Origin: an uncultured Phycisphaerales bacterium | GTDB lineage: Bacteria > Planctomycetota > Phycisphaerae > Tepidisphaerales > Tepidisphaeraceae | Length of the DNA: 64,000 bases | Assembly (NCBI GenBank): GCA_963755915.1 | Contig: CAVWLP010000003.1 | Coordinates: 384,001-448,000 of the forward strand | Reading direction: 5' to 3' | Shown: positions 1-10,433 of the stretch, piece after piece | Position numbering within the stretch: position 1 is the stretch's first letter | Layout of the letters: each line of letters starts with the position of its first letter | Program-made: the position numbers and the translations under genes | Notes under the pieces: model-generated | Databases searched by the model: none | The model's input: only the letters and a program-made list of their open reading frames with translations | Told to the model about the DNA's origin: nothing

Positions 1-334
1 CGCCGGTCATATGCGGATGGACTTTGCAGTAGTAGGCATAGGTGCCGGGCTTGGTGAAGGTGAAGGAAAAGGAATCGTCCGTGTCGAGGGGGCCGGAATT
101 GAAAGTCTGCGGATCGTCCTTGCTCGTGGCGGTATGAGGAACGTCGTCGGCGTTTTTCCAGGTGACGGTGGCGCCGGCGGGAATCATCAATTTGCGCGGC
201 TCGAATGCGAAATTTTCGATTGTCACGGTCGCGGCCGGCCGCGTCGAAGGCAACGTCTGCGCTAATGAACCGTTAATTGTATAGCAATTGAATGCAATCA
301 AAATGAGGACAAAGAGGCTTCGTGCAGATTTCAT
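1..334 (-). CDS. Secreted cupredoxin (amicyanin/plastocyanin-like blue copper protein), truncated by window edge
   Basis: Not in the ORF track. Manual translation from ATG 334: MKSARSLFVLILIAF...VTIENFAFEP...GATVTWKNADDVPHTATS...FTFTKPGTYAYYCKVHPHMTG. Signal peptide plus type-1 Cu ligands H...C-x2-H-x2-M. Confidence 0.9.
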   Translation of the reverse strand, partial: MKSARSLFVLILIAFNCYTINGSLAQTLPSTRPAATVTIENFAFEPRKLMIPAGATVTWKNADDVPHTATSKDDPQTFNSGPLDTDDSFSFTFTKPGTYAYYCKVHPHMTG

Positions 335-400
335 TCTGGCAGCTCCCGATTTCAGCGGACGAATCCCGCCGCTGCTGACCAGACGCGGGAGGCGGCGGAT

Positions 401-925
401 TTATTCCATGAGTTCAGCGAAATCGTTTATTCGCGCGTGGAGGGAGATTTCTGAGCCGCGAAGAGGTCGCAGAATCGCTGCAATGTCACTCCCTTGGCAC
501 TTGAAGTCAACCCAATGCGACGCATCGGTGGTCCAGATTTCAAACTTTCCCCGTTCCATCAGCCGCGGATGCCACAGCCAATGGTCGACTCTTTCGGTGA
601 TCTGAAACGATAGGCGATACCAGAAAGGCAATTTGTGCCAACAGGGGAGGGGAGGATTCGACATGGATGTGAGCCGTCGATGGATTCGCTCCAGTGGGAC
701 TGGGATAGGTTTCCAATCCGGCGATTGAGAATAGCCGTCGGCGGATCGGATGAGAATTTCGGTTCTCGGGCCGTCACCGGCGAACATCAGGCCGGGGACT
801 TCATTTCGAAGCATCTTAAGAATGAGAAGATTGACCAGCATTCTTACGGGATCGGCATTGGCATATTTTTCCAGGAGTCGCAGGTGGGCGTCGGAGATTT
901 GGGGATGTTGTGCGACTGCCGACAT
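401..925 (-). CDS. Hypothetical protein
   Basis: Open frame; TATAAT lies 8 nt upstream of ATG 925; no recognisable family. Confidence 0.55.
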   Translation of the reverse strand: MSAVAQHPQISDAHLRLLEKYANADPVRMLVNLLILKMLRNEVPGLMFAGDGPRTEILIRSADGYSQSPDWKPIPVPLERIHRRLTSMSNPPLPCWHKLPFWYRLSFQITERVDHWLWHPRLMERGKFEIWTTDASHWVDFKCQGSDIAAILRPLRGSEISLHARINDFAELME

Positions 926-1077
926 GGTTTCCAATTATAAATCAAAAACACCCGATTCAATCAAGAAATTCAATCGCCGCTCGGCCCTACCCTTATCCTC
1001 TCTCTTCGTACATGGACAGGGGGAACAAGGGCAGCATGTCCTTGCGAACGGTCCCGGTCGACTGCTACAACATTCCC

Positions 1078-1728
1078 ATGCCCACAAAAGAACAAAACCT
1101 CAAAACCATCACGGACGCCGGCGTCGTCGCCGTCATCCGCGCCAACTCCAGGGACCAGCTCATCGGCCTCACCGAGGCCCTCCTCGCTGGCGGTGTGCCC
1201 GCCATCGAGGTCACCATGAGCACGCCCAAAGCCATCGCAGGCATTGAAATGCTGGCCGATCGTTTCGGCGACAAAGCCGTGGTGGGCGTCGGCACCGTGA
1301 TCGATGCGGCGACGGTGCGCGATGCGATTTCAGCCGGAGCGCAGTTTGTCGTTTTACCGGTCTTTGACGAGCAGATCGTCGCGACCACGCGGCGGTATGG
1401 GAAGATCATGGTTCCAGGCGCGTTTACACCGACGGAGATTTTGCGGGCCTGGACCGCCGGGGCGGATGTGGTGAAGGTATTTCCATCGACGTGCCTTGGG
1501 CCGCAATATTTCAAGGATCTTCTTGCCCCCCTGCCGCAGCTTCGGCTGACGCCGACGGGGGGCGTGGATATCAAGAACGCGGGGGAGTGGATCAAGGCCG
1601 GCGCGGTGTGTGTGGGAGCCGGGTCGTCGCTGGTGACGAAGGATGCGCTGGCGAAAAATGACTGGGCCAGCGTGACGGCCAACGCCAAGGCGTTTGTCGA
1701 AGCTATAAAAACCGCGCGGGCGAAGTAA
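1078..1728 (+). CDS. eda: KDPG/KHG aldolase
   Basis: VVAVIRA, IEVTM, VGVGTV, PGAFTPTE, VKVFP, PTGGV motifs. Confidence 0.92.
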   Translation: MPTKEQNLKTITDAGVVAVIRANSRDQLIGLTEALLAGGVPAIEVTMSTPKAIAGIEMLADRFGDKAVVGVGTVIDAATVRDAISAGAQFVVLPVFDEQIVATTRRYGKIMVPGAFTPTEILRAWTAGADVVKVFPSTCLGPQYFKDLLAPLPQLRLTPTGGVDIKNAGEWIKAGAVCVGAGSSLVTKDALAKNDWASVTANAKAFVEAIKTARAK

Positions 1729-1731
1729 CCC

Positions 1732-3685
1732 ATGGCGCAGGTGAGCCTCGAGCAGGCGTTGCAGATGGTGCTTCAGCATCGGTGCGCGGGGAATCTTGGG
1801 CAGGCGGAGGCGATCTGCCGGGAAATCCTGGCGCAGGTTCCGAACCATCCGCCGGCGATGCATCAACTGGCCATCGTGCTGGCGACGCAGAGGCGCGGGC
1901 CCGAGGCGCTGCCGCTAATGCAGCGGGTGGTTCAGATGATTCCCGGCGACGCCGCCGCGCTCAGCGACCTGGGAAATCTGCTGCGCGACCTGGATCGGCC
2001 GACCGAAGCCCTGGCGGCTTACCGCCGCGCGGTGGCGCTCAATCCGAATCTCGCCTTCGCCCAGTCCAACCTCGCCAACCAGTTGCGCGACATGGGCCAG
2101 GCGAGCGAAGCCGTCCCCATTTTTCACCGCGCCATCCAGCTTCAGCCCAATTTTTTTGAGGCTTATCTCAATCTTGGAAACGCGCTAATGGACCTGGGGG
2201 AGACCGACCAGGCAATCGCCGCCTATCAGCAGGCGATTCGCCTTAATCCCACTTACGCGATGGCTCACTGCAATCTCGGCGTTGGGCTGCGAGCGGCGGG
2301 CCGGGTTGACGACGCGATCGCCTCCTTTCGCCGCACCATCGAGATGATGCCCAACTGCGTTGAAGCCTATAGCAACCTGGGTCAGGTTCTCGCCTCGGTG
2401 CGGCGGATGGACGAAGCCATCGATTCGTTTAACACGGCCATTCGGATCAATCCCAATTTCGCACCTGCCTATTCAAATCTGGGCTCCGCGCTGCTCGACC
2501 TGAGGCGGATTCCCGAGTCGCTGGACATCTGCCGGAAGGCCGTCGCGATGGCGCCCCAGATGGCCGAAGCGCACAACAACCTGGCCAATGCGCTGGGCGA
2601 CAATGACCAGTTGGATGAAGCGATCGTCGAATACCGCGAAGCGCTGCGCCTTCGGCCCGACTATCCGCAGGCGCTGGCCAATTTCGGCAGCACGCTAATC
2701 GACGCCGGCCGCTGCGACGAAGCCGAGGAACTGCTTGGCAATGCCCTGAAAATTGCCCCCGATTTCCCCGACGCGCACTGGAACCTCGGTCTTTTGCGCC
2801 TGCTTCAAGGCGATTTCCAGCGCGGCTTGCCGGAATACGAATGGCGCTGGCGCGTGAAGACGATGCAGGCCCCGCCGACTTTCTCCCAGCCGCTCTGGGA
2901 TGGGAGCTCGCTCGACGACAAAATCATCCTGATTCACGTCGAGCAGGGATACGGCGATGCCATCCAGTTTGCGCTATGTTCCGATGGTAACCGCCCGAGG
3001 CGGACGCGTGATCCTGCAATGTCCGCCGGAGTTGCACCGGCTCTTTTCGACGATTCCCGATATCGAGCTCTTTCCCAGCGGCCCGCCGCCGGCACGATTT
3101 GACGTCCACTGCCCGATTTTGAGCCTGATGCTCGCTTTCAAGACCGATCTGGCGTCGATTCCGGCCCCGGTGCCATATCTCCGCTCCGACCCCGCGCTGC
3201 GTGAGGCCTGGCGAAAGAGACTGGAATCCTCCGCGGGTCGGCTGAAAGTTGGTTTGGCCTGGGCGGGCAGGCCAACGCACATCAATAACCGCCACCGGTC
3301 GATCCCACTGGAAAAGTTTTCACAGCTGGCTGGAGTAAGCGGCGCCGATTTTTTTTAGCCTCCAAAAAGGAGATCCCGCAAACGACAACCCCCCCGCCGG
3401 CCTGAAATTCATCGATCACACGGCCGAGTTGAATGATTTTGCGGAGACGGCGGCGCTGGTCGACAATCTCGATCTGATCATCACCGTCGACACTGCGGTT
3501 GCGCACCTTGCAGGGGCGCTGGGCAAGCCGGTGTGGGTGCTGATTCCTGCGAATCCCGACTGGCGTTGGATGCTCGATCGCGCGGATTCGCCGTGGTATC
3601 CGACGATGCGGCTCTACCGGCGCCGCGCGGGGCTGATTGGGGAGAAGTTATTCGGCAGATTTCCGGCGATCTCGCTGGGTTCGGG
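1732..3685 (+). CDS. TPR-repeat protein with C-terminal glycosyltransferase family 9-like domain; frameshifted (~2970, ~3355, ~3625) and interrupted by an IS a few codons before its stop
   Basis: Many TPRs, then EQGYGD, VGLAWAG, LDLIITVDTAVAHLAGALG, DWRW..SPWYPTMRLYR spread across successive frames. The original end (..GFGQVR*) lies at 5208-5228. Confidence 0.85.
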
Positions 3686-5207
3686 CAATATTGTCCGGGA
3701 CTTCCGCGTCTTAGAGCTGGGATTTTTCGGGTTTTCACTCGAAAGGCTGCGTTGCCTCGATGGGCAACGGCGTGGAAGGTTCAGCGCTGCTCCTGCAGCG
3801 CATGCCGCGGCGTTCACCGGCGGCCGGACAACAAAAACCCCCGGTGACTTACTTGACGATTTTTTCAGCCTTCTTCCGTGCCACACGCTGACGCTGCAGC
3901 TCGCATTCCCGTTCTCGGCGCTGCAGGATGGGAATAATCTCTTGCAACGTGGCCCCTCCCGCGGCGACCAGGCTCAGCATCGCGTAGGCATATTTGCTCA
4001 CCGGACGCTGCGTGTGCAGATAGATCAACAGCACCCCGATGACCGCGATGTAGAACCCGGTGGTGACGCCGTTTTTGCTGTGGCTGGTGAGATGGCGGAA
4101 GTGGGCGTGCACTTTCAGCCAGCGGAAAAACAGCTCGATCTTCCATCGCCAGCGGTAGAGCAGACCGATGACATGGGCGGGAATGTTAAGAAGATTGGTC
4201 AGCAGCCGCAGGGGCCTGTCGGGTTTGTCCGGGTCGAAGATCGTCACTTCCCGAAGCCATTTTCCCGCCGGAGGAGCAAAGCGTGGCCCTTCTGAGCCCA
4301 GGTATCCGATCCGGTCGCTGAGAATGCCGGCAGCGCGGTCTTCATCGCTCAGCGGCAGGGACTTGGGGGTCAAGTCATTGTTTTCGATGGGAATGAAATA
4401 GTTGTTTGACTTGAGCCGGAGCACAAAATCGCTGCAGGCATGTACGATCCGCTCCAGCAGCTCGAAACAGACGTAGCCGCGGTCCATGACGTAAATCTGT
4501 CCCGGCTCCAGGGACTGCATCAGCGCCTGCGCCTCGGAGCATCCCGCGCCGCTGATCGTCACTCCCTCGGGAACCCCCACGCCCGCCGCCCATTGAAGAT
4601 TCAGGCGAATCGTGTCCATGGGCTTTCCGTTGGGTCGACTTTGATGCAGCGCCCAGGCCACGTCGGCGGCAACGGTGAACAGCGACCCATCCACCACCCG
4701 TACCCGCTCGGTCAACTCCGCCAGCTTCGGATCGCCGTGACGCAGGTGCGGCAGCCGCGCCCGCAACTCCTCGATGATCGGCTCCAGCAGCGTCGGATCG
4801 AACAGGGCGTTGGCATCGGAAAGCGTGGAACGCGGCAGGCGATCGACCGAAAGCTGCTCCTGCATCTGCTCGGTCTGGCTGAAATCCTCCATCGTCCGCA
4901 GGCTGCGAATCGCCGGCGTGAAAAACGCCAGCAGATAGGCAAGGGTCACATCGTCATAAAAAAGCGTGCGATTGGGGTGGGGATGCGCCGCCCGCAGGCG
5001 GGCCAGATGATCCTGCAAAATACCGACGTACTTGCCGCCGAACAAATCCTCCCCCCGCACCGCCGGCCGCGGCTTTCGTCCCGGCTTGGCGGGCAATCCA
5101 GAAGCTGGGCAAAGGTCCGCGTGCACGTGGCGGCAGTGAACCACAAAACGCTGCTTCGCGAAGCGCAAGATTGTGTTATTTGTGAGCCTGCGTTCCGGAC
5201 ACTATTG
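3686..5207 (-). mobile_element. IS4-family insertion sequence, 1522 bp
   Basis: TIRs CAATATTGTCCGGGAC (3686-3701) and GTTCCGGACACTATTG (5192-5207), 14/16 match; 9-bp TSD GGGTTCGGG at 3677-3685 and 5208-5216. Confidence 0.95.
3849..5168 (-). CDS. IS4-family DDE transposase
   Basis: VVDGS, MDRGY and YRWRWKIELFFRWLK (YREK motif); start codon uncertain. Confidence 0.93.
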   Translation of the reverse strand: MRFAKQRFVVHCRHVHADLCPASGLPAKPGRKPRPAVRGEDLFGGKYVGILQDHLARLRAAHPHPNRTLFYDDVTLAYLLAFFTPAIRSLRTMEDFSQTEQMQEQLSVDRLPRSTLSDANALFDPTLLEPIIEELRARLPHLRHGDPKLAELTERVRVVDGSLFTVAADVAWALHQSRPNGKPMDTIRLNLQWAAGVGVPEGVTISGAGCSEAQALMQSLEPGQIYVMDRGYVCFELLERIVHACSDFVLRLKSNNYFIPIENNDLTPKSLPLSDEDRAAGILSDRIGYLGSEGPRFAPPAGKWLREVTIFDPDKPDRPLRLLTNLLNIPAHVIGLLYRWRWKIELFFRWLKVHAHFRHLTSHSKNGVTTGFYIAVIGVLLIYLHTQRPVSKYAYAMLSLVAAGGATLQEIIPILQRRERECELQRQRVARKKAEKIVK

Positions 5208-5356
5208 GGGTTCGGGCAAGTCCGATAGTTACTGCTAACAATCGGCTGTCGCGCAATTGTTGCCTTCTTGTTTGAACCTTAAATATTGCGGTTGCGCTCA
5301 TTCAGCCGACCCTAGCAACTGGTCAGCGGTGCGCGCGAGCCGTATTATTCCCAGAC

Positions 5357-6184
5357 ATGGCTGCACGATATATAGAAACGATCGGCCGGACGACCAACAA
5401 CGTGTTGGCCGATTTCGGGCAATTCTGCGAATTCGCGGGACAGACTTTCGCCTGGCTCTTCACGGTCGGCCTGCGTTCCAAGAACCTCCGGCAGCTTTTG
5501 CCGCAGATGTATGAGGTCGGGGTGCGCACCATTCCCGTCGTCGGACTCACCGGCGCATTTATCGGAATGGTGATGGCGGTCGAAACGTATGCCCAGTTCA
5601 AAGCGATCGGGCAGCAGAATCGGCTGGGGAGCGTGATTTTCCTTTCGGTGGTGAAACAGATCGGCCCGGTGCTGGCATCCGTGATGGTCGCGGGTCGGGT
5701 TGGCGGCGCGCTGACGGCCGAGCTGGGAACGATGAATGTTACCGAGCAGCTTGATGCGCTGCGGGTCATGGGGACGGATCCGATCCGGTTTCTGGTGGTG
5801 CCGCGATTCATGGCGTGCGTGCTCCTGACGCCGGTGCTGACGATTTACAGCGACATCATGGGAATCGTCGGCGGGTGGTTCATTGGCGTGAACGTGATGG
5901 GGGTTCCATCCGGGCCGTTCTGGCATTACGCCCATGTGGGTGTGGAAATGTGGCAGGTAAACGAGGGGATCATCAAATCGTTCTTCTTTGGCGGCGCGAT
6001 TGGTTTGATCAGTTGCTACAAAGGATTTACCTGCGGGGCGGGGGCCAACGGCGTCGGGCGGGCCTGCACGGATTCGTTCGTCGCCAGCTTTATCTCCATC
6101 ATCATGATGAACTTCTTCTTCGCGCAATTGGGCCAGGACTGGTACCAGGCGATTTACGGCATCCGCAGCGTTTTTGGAACGTAA
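5357..6184 (+). CDS. mlaE: MlaE-family ABC permease
   Basis: GPVLASVMVAGRVGGALTAELGTMNVTEQLDALRVMGTDP..LVVPR. Confidence 0.92.
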   Translation: MAARYIETIGRTTNNVLADFGQFCEFAGQTFAWLFTVGLRSKNLRQLLPQMYEVGVRTIPVVGLTGAFIGMVMAVETYAQFKAIGQQNRLGSVIFLSVVKQIGPVLASVMVAGRVGGALTAELGTMNVTEQLDALRVMGTDPIRFLVVPRFMACVLLTPVLTIYSDIMGIVGGWFIGVNVMGVPSGPFWHYAHVGVEMWQVNEGIIKSFFFGGAIGLISCYKGFTCGAGANGVGRACTDSFVASFISIIMMNFFFAQLGQDWYQAIYGIRSVFGT

Positions 6185-6199
6185 AAAGGGGCAACCAGG

Positions 6200-6970
6200 A
6201 TGGCACTGATCGAACTGCGGCATGTGTATAAGCGCTTCGGGTGGCTCGAAGTGCTCAATGACGTCACGCTCAAGATTGAGCGCGGGACGTGCGTCGTGAT
6301 CCTGGGCGCCAGCGGCAGCGGGAAGAGCGTGATGCTGAAGCATATCGTCGGGCTGCTGAAGCCGGACCGGGGGGAAGTCTGGTTTGGGGATAAGCGGATC
6401 GACCATCTCCGCGAGCGCGATCTGATGAAGGTTCGCGAGCACTTTGGGTTTCTGTTTCAGCAGGGGGCGCTGTTTGATTCGGATACGGTGACGCAGAACG
6501 TGGCGTTTCCGATCGCGGAGCATACGAATAAGAAGCCGGATGAAATTCGGGAGATCGTGGATCAGAAGCTGCGGATGGTGGGGCTGCCGGACGTGGGCTC
6601 GAAGATGCCATCGGAGCTTTCCGGCGGACAGCGAAAGCGGGTGGCGCTGGCGCGGGCGATTGCGCTGGATCCGGAAGTGATTCTTTATGACGAGCCGACG
6701 ACGGGGCTGGATCCGATCCGGTCGGACGTGATCAACGAGCTGATCCTGAAGCTTCAGCGGGAGCTTCACGTGACGAGCATCGTGGTGACGCACGATATGA
6801 ATTCGGCGATGAAGGTCGCGGATCGCATTGTGATGCTCTACGAAACCAAACTGATTTTCGACGGGACGCCCGAGGAGATTAAGTCCACGCGGGTCGAAGC
6901 GGTGAGGCGTTTCGTGCACGGCGAGGCATCGGAGCAGGAATTGCAGACGTTGGAGACGCCGGCGAAATGA
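6200..6970 (+). CDS. mlaF: MlaF-family ABC ATPase
   Basis: GASGSGKS, FQQGALFDS, LSGGQRKRVALARA, YDEPTTGLDP, VTHD. Confidence 0.92.
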   Translation: MALIELRHVYKRFGWLEVLNDVTLKIERGTCVVILGASGSGKSVMLKHIVGLLKPDRGEVWFGDKRIDHLRERDLMKVREHFGFLFQQGALFDSDTVTQNVAFPIAEHTNKKPDEIREIVDQKLRMVGLPDVGSKMPSELSGGQRKRVALARAIALDPEVILYDEPTTGLDPIRSDVINELILKLQRELHVTSIVVTHDMNSAMKVADRIVMLYETKLIFDGTPEEIKSTRVEAVRRFVHGEASEQELQTLETPAK

Positions 6971-7002
6971 AGAGGAATTTTGATTAGCAAGGGATTGAGG
7001 CC

Positions 7003-7993
7003 ATGCCAAGTTATAAGCGGAATATTCTGGTAGGAGCGACGGTTCTGGGAGCGATCGTGGGATTTGTGTGGATGTCGCTGAAGTTCAGCAGCAAGGCGGG
7101 GGAGATTTTCGCGCCGCCGCAGATTGCGGTGCATTTTCACTGCGCGCGTGCCGATGGAGTTGCGACGGGATCGTCGATTGAATATTTGGGCGTGCAGGTG
7201 GGACACGTGACGGCCGTGGCGCAACGCGAGCGGCGTTGGCGTGAGTATCGATGCGGTGTTGGACCGCGACCCCCCCCTGCCGGGAAATGTGCGGGCGCAG
7301 ATTGTCTCGGCGGGACTTTTGGGCGGGGGTTCGCTGATCAGCATGGATGTGGGTGACCAGCAGCCGCAGGGATCGCTTAAGGCGGATACGACGATTGACG
7401 CGCAATATGTGGGGATGCAACTGGATTTGCTTCCGCCTTCGCTGACGCAGACCGCCGGGCAGATTGGGAAAATGAGCGAGGAGCTTCGGCTGACGGTGAA
7501 GCAGCTTCGGGAATCCGGAGCGATCACCGATCTGGACAAGGCAATCAACCAGATCTCGGCGCAGGCGACCAAGGTGGGGAACGTGTTTGATTCGATTCAG
7601 AACGTGCTCGGCGACAAGAACACGCAGCAGGACCTGAAGAGCGCGATCTCGGATTTGCACTCGACGATTGCAAAGCTGAACTCCGTGGCAGATAGCCTGC
7701 AAACCGCCAGCAGCGCCGCGACGGACACGATCAAGGGCGCTCACCAGGATATCGACGGCCTGAATAGCCAGATTGGCGATCGGCTGACGCAGATTTCGGG
7801 AATTCTGACCTCGATGCAGAGCGTCTTGACAAAAGTTGACACCGGGCAGGGGACGGCCGGGCAACTGGTGAACGATCCGCGGCTCTATCAGTCGCTGGTG
7901 GACACGTCGCGACAACTGAATGAAACCGTCACTGACCTCAAACGCCTTGTCGAGCAGTGGGAGCAGGAAGGCGTGTATCTGAAATTGAAGTGA
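7003..7993 (+). CDS. mlaD: MlaD/MCE-family protein, frameshift near 7225
   Basis: N-terminal TM, ADGVATGSSIEYLGVQVGHV, then helical region in ORF 7241-7993; follows mlaE-mlaF. Confidence 0.85.
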
Positions 7994-8096
7994 ATGCCGA
8001 ATGCCGATTGCCAAATGCCGAATGAAAAGGCGGAAATTGCGAAACACGCGGTTTTTGCAGCTTCATTCGGCGTTTGGCATTTGGCATTCGGCATTC
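7992..8096. repeat. Inverted repeat built from GAATGCC/AAATGCC heptamers
   Basis: Arms 7992-8026 and 8062-8096 match 32/35. Confidence 0.9.
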
Positions 8097-8115
8097 GCTT
8101 CCGTATCTTTCCCAT

Positions 8116-10137
8116 ATGGCGCTCATTATTCTTCCTGATGGAAGTCGCAGGGAATTGCCGGACGGGACTACCGTGCAACAACTGGCCGAGTCGATCGGCA
8201 AGGGGCTGGCGAGGGCGGCGATCGTCGGCAAGGTGGATGGGAAGCTTGTGGATCTCTCCTACAAGCTGGCTGGCGAGCACCAGGTTTCCATTATCACGGA
8301 TCGTGACCCCGATGGGCTCTATGTGTTGCGGCACAGCACGGCGCACGTGCTGGCGCAGGCGCTGCGGCATCTGTATGGGAAGTCGGTGCAGTACACCATC
8401 GGGCCGGTGATCGAGAATGGGTTTTTCTATGATTTCGAGCTGCCGGCGGGTTTCTCAGCAGAGGAGCTGCCGAAGGTTGAGCAGGAGATGCAGAAGCTGA
8501 TCGACGCGGATCTGCCGTTTTCGCGGCAGGATGTCGATCCGGGGGCGGCGAAGGAAGTTTTGCACGGCGAGAATCAGCGGTTCAAGGATGAGATTATCGA
8601 TGAGCTGGAGAAGGCCGGGGAGAAGACGGTTTCGATTTATCGGCAGGGAGATTTCACGGACCTTTGCCGGGGGCCGCATGTGCCGTCGACCGGGAAGATC
8701 AAGGCGTTCAAATTGCTGAGCGTCGCGGGGGCTTATTGGCGCGGGGACAGCAATCGGGAGCAGCTTACCCGGGTCTATGGGACCGCTTTCTTCGATAAGA
8801 AGGATCTTGAGAAACATTCGCAGCAGCTTGAGGAGGCGAAGAAGCGGGATCACCGCGTGCTGGGGCCGGCGCTGGGGCTCTTCACCGTCGATGAGAAGGT
8901 TGGGCAGGGGCTGGTGCTCTGGAAGCCGAAGGGGGCGATTGTCCGGATCGAGCTGCAGAATTTCATCAGCGAGCATCTTCGGCGGCAGGGGTATCAGCAG
9001 GTTTTTACGCCGCACATCGGGAGGCTCGATCTGTATCGCACCAGCGGGCACTATCCGTATTACCGGGAGTCGCAGTTTCCGCCGCTGATTGACCGGGAAT
9101 ATTTCGAGATGCTGGCGAAAGAGAATTGCACCTGCGGTGAACTTGCGAATCGGATGGAGAAGGGGGAGATCGACGGCTATCTGCTGAAGCCCATGAACTG
9201 CCCGCATCACATCCGGATTTACGCCAGCGAGCAGCGGAGCTATCGCGATCTGCCGGTGCGGCTGGCGGAGTTTGGGACGGTTTACCGGTGGGAAAAATCG
9301 GGTGAGCTGGGAGGCATGACCCGCGTGCGCGGGTTTACGCAGGATGATGCGCATCTGTTCTGCTCGGAAGACCAGGTTCAACAGGAGCTGCTGGGGTGTC
9401 TCGATCTCGTGAAGATCGTTCTGGGGACATTGAACATGCACGATTTCCGGGTGCGGGTGGGGCTGCGCGATCCGGACAGCGCGAAATATGTGGGGGAAGC
9501 CGCACAGTGGGACAAAGCGGAGGCGGCGTGCAAAATCGTGGCCGAGCATCTGGGTGTTCCCTTTACGATGGAACCGGGCGAGGCGGCGTTTTATGGGCCG
9601 AAGATCGATTTTGTGGTGAAGGATGTGATTGGGCGGGAATGGCAACTGGGGACGGTGCAGGTGGATTATCAGTTGCCGCAGCGGTTTGAATTGTCGTATG
9701 TGGGCTCCGACAATCAGCCGCACCGGCCGGTGATGATTCACCGGGCGCCGTTCGGGAGCATGGAGCGGTTTATTGGGGTGCTGATTGAACATTTTGGCGG
9801 AGCCTTTCCGCTGTGGCTTGCCCCGGTGCAGATCGCGGTGCTGTCGATCAGCGAGAAATTCAACGCGTATGCCCAGCAGGCGGCGGAGGCGATCAGGGAG
9901 GCAGGCCTGCGGGTTGATTCCGATCTGGATGCCGACAAGATCGGGGCGAAGATCCGTCGGGCGACGCTTGCCAAGGTGCCGTACATGCTCATCGTCGGGG
10001 AAAAGGAAATGCAATCGCGGCTGGTGGCGGTGCGAACCCGGGCGGGCAAGGATTACGGGGCAATACCGCTGATAGAGTTTATTGAGCGGTGCCAGCAGGA
10101 GATTTCCACGCGTGGGGCGGCGCCGGCGGAGCCGTAG
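8116..10137 (+). CDS. thrS: Threonine--tRNA ligase
   Basis: TGS domain, HSTAH, DLCRGPHV, RDHR, KPMNCP, RVRGFTQDDAH, FYGPKID, HRAPFGSMERF. Confidence 0.98.
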   Translation: MALIILPDGSRRELPDGTTVQQLAESIGKGLARAAIVGKVDGKLVDLSYKLAGEHQVSIITDRDPDGLYVLRHSTAHVLAQALRHLYGKSVQYTIGPVIENGFFYDFELPAGFSAEELPKVEQEMQKLIDADLPFSRQDVDPGAAKEVLHGENQRFKDEIIDELEKAGEKTVSIYRQGDFTDLCRGPHVPSTGKIKAFKLLSVAGAYWRGDSNREQLTRVYGTAFFDKKDLEKHSQQLEEAKKRDHRVLGPALGLFTVDEKVGQGLVLWKPKGAIVRIELQNFISEHLRRQGYQQVFTPHIGRLDLYRTSGHYPYYRESQFPPLIDREYFEMLAKENCTCGELANRMEKGEIDGYLLKPMNCPHHIRIYASEQRSYRDLPVRLAEFGTVYRWEKSGELGGMTRVRGFTQDDAHLFCSEDQVQQELLGCLDLVKIVLGTLNMHDFRVRVGLRDPDSAKYVGEAAQWDKAEAACKIVAEHLGVPFTMEPGEAAFYGPKIDFVVKDVIGREWQLGTVQVDYQLPQRFELSYVGSDNQPHRPVMIHRAPFGSMERFIGVLIEHFGGAFPLWLAPVQIAVLSISEKFNAYAQQAAEAIREAGLRVDSDLDADKIGAKIRRATLAKVPYMLIVGEKEMQSRLVAVRTRAGKDYGAIPLIEFIERCQQEISTRGAAPAEP

Positions 10138-10172
10138 CGGTCATCGGTAATGGAAAAATCACACAAATCTGC

Positions 10173-10201
10173 TTGAAAATCGCGCGGTGCATGCCGATAA
10201 T
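10173..10201 (+). promoter_or_regulatory. Sigma70-like promoter upstream of the infC leader
   Basis: TTGAAA-17 nt-GATAAT. Confidence 0.6.
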
Positions 10202-10210
10202 CTCCTCATA

Positions 10211-10381
10211 GGAGCCCTGATCTTCGCGTCTCAGGTTTGGGATAGCGGAAATTAGCTGTGAACTGCGGCCACGGATGAACATCGAAGAGCCTGGACGCAC
10301 CGCCGGCACGCGGGCGTTTTTTGTGGCTTTTCGATCGTGTCTGTGGCTCGTTTTTTGCCGTACATTGGGACTCATCAGGCC
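10211..10381 (+). ncRNA. Candidate structured RNA (rod-like hairpin; infC leader or 6S-like)
   Basis: Five nested complementary helices starting just after the predicted promoter (see findings). Confidence 0.5.
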
Positions 10382-10433
10382 GTGATCCGGGGCAGGTGCT
10401 TCGGCGGCTGAAGTGGTTTTTTGGAGAATTGTT

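Noticed and set aside
7992..8096. CRISPR array (also considered at 37074-37575 and 42272-42398)
   Set aside because: No constant repeat with unique spacers and no cas genes.
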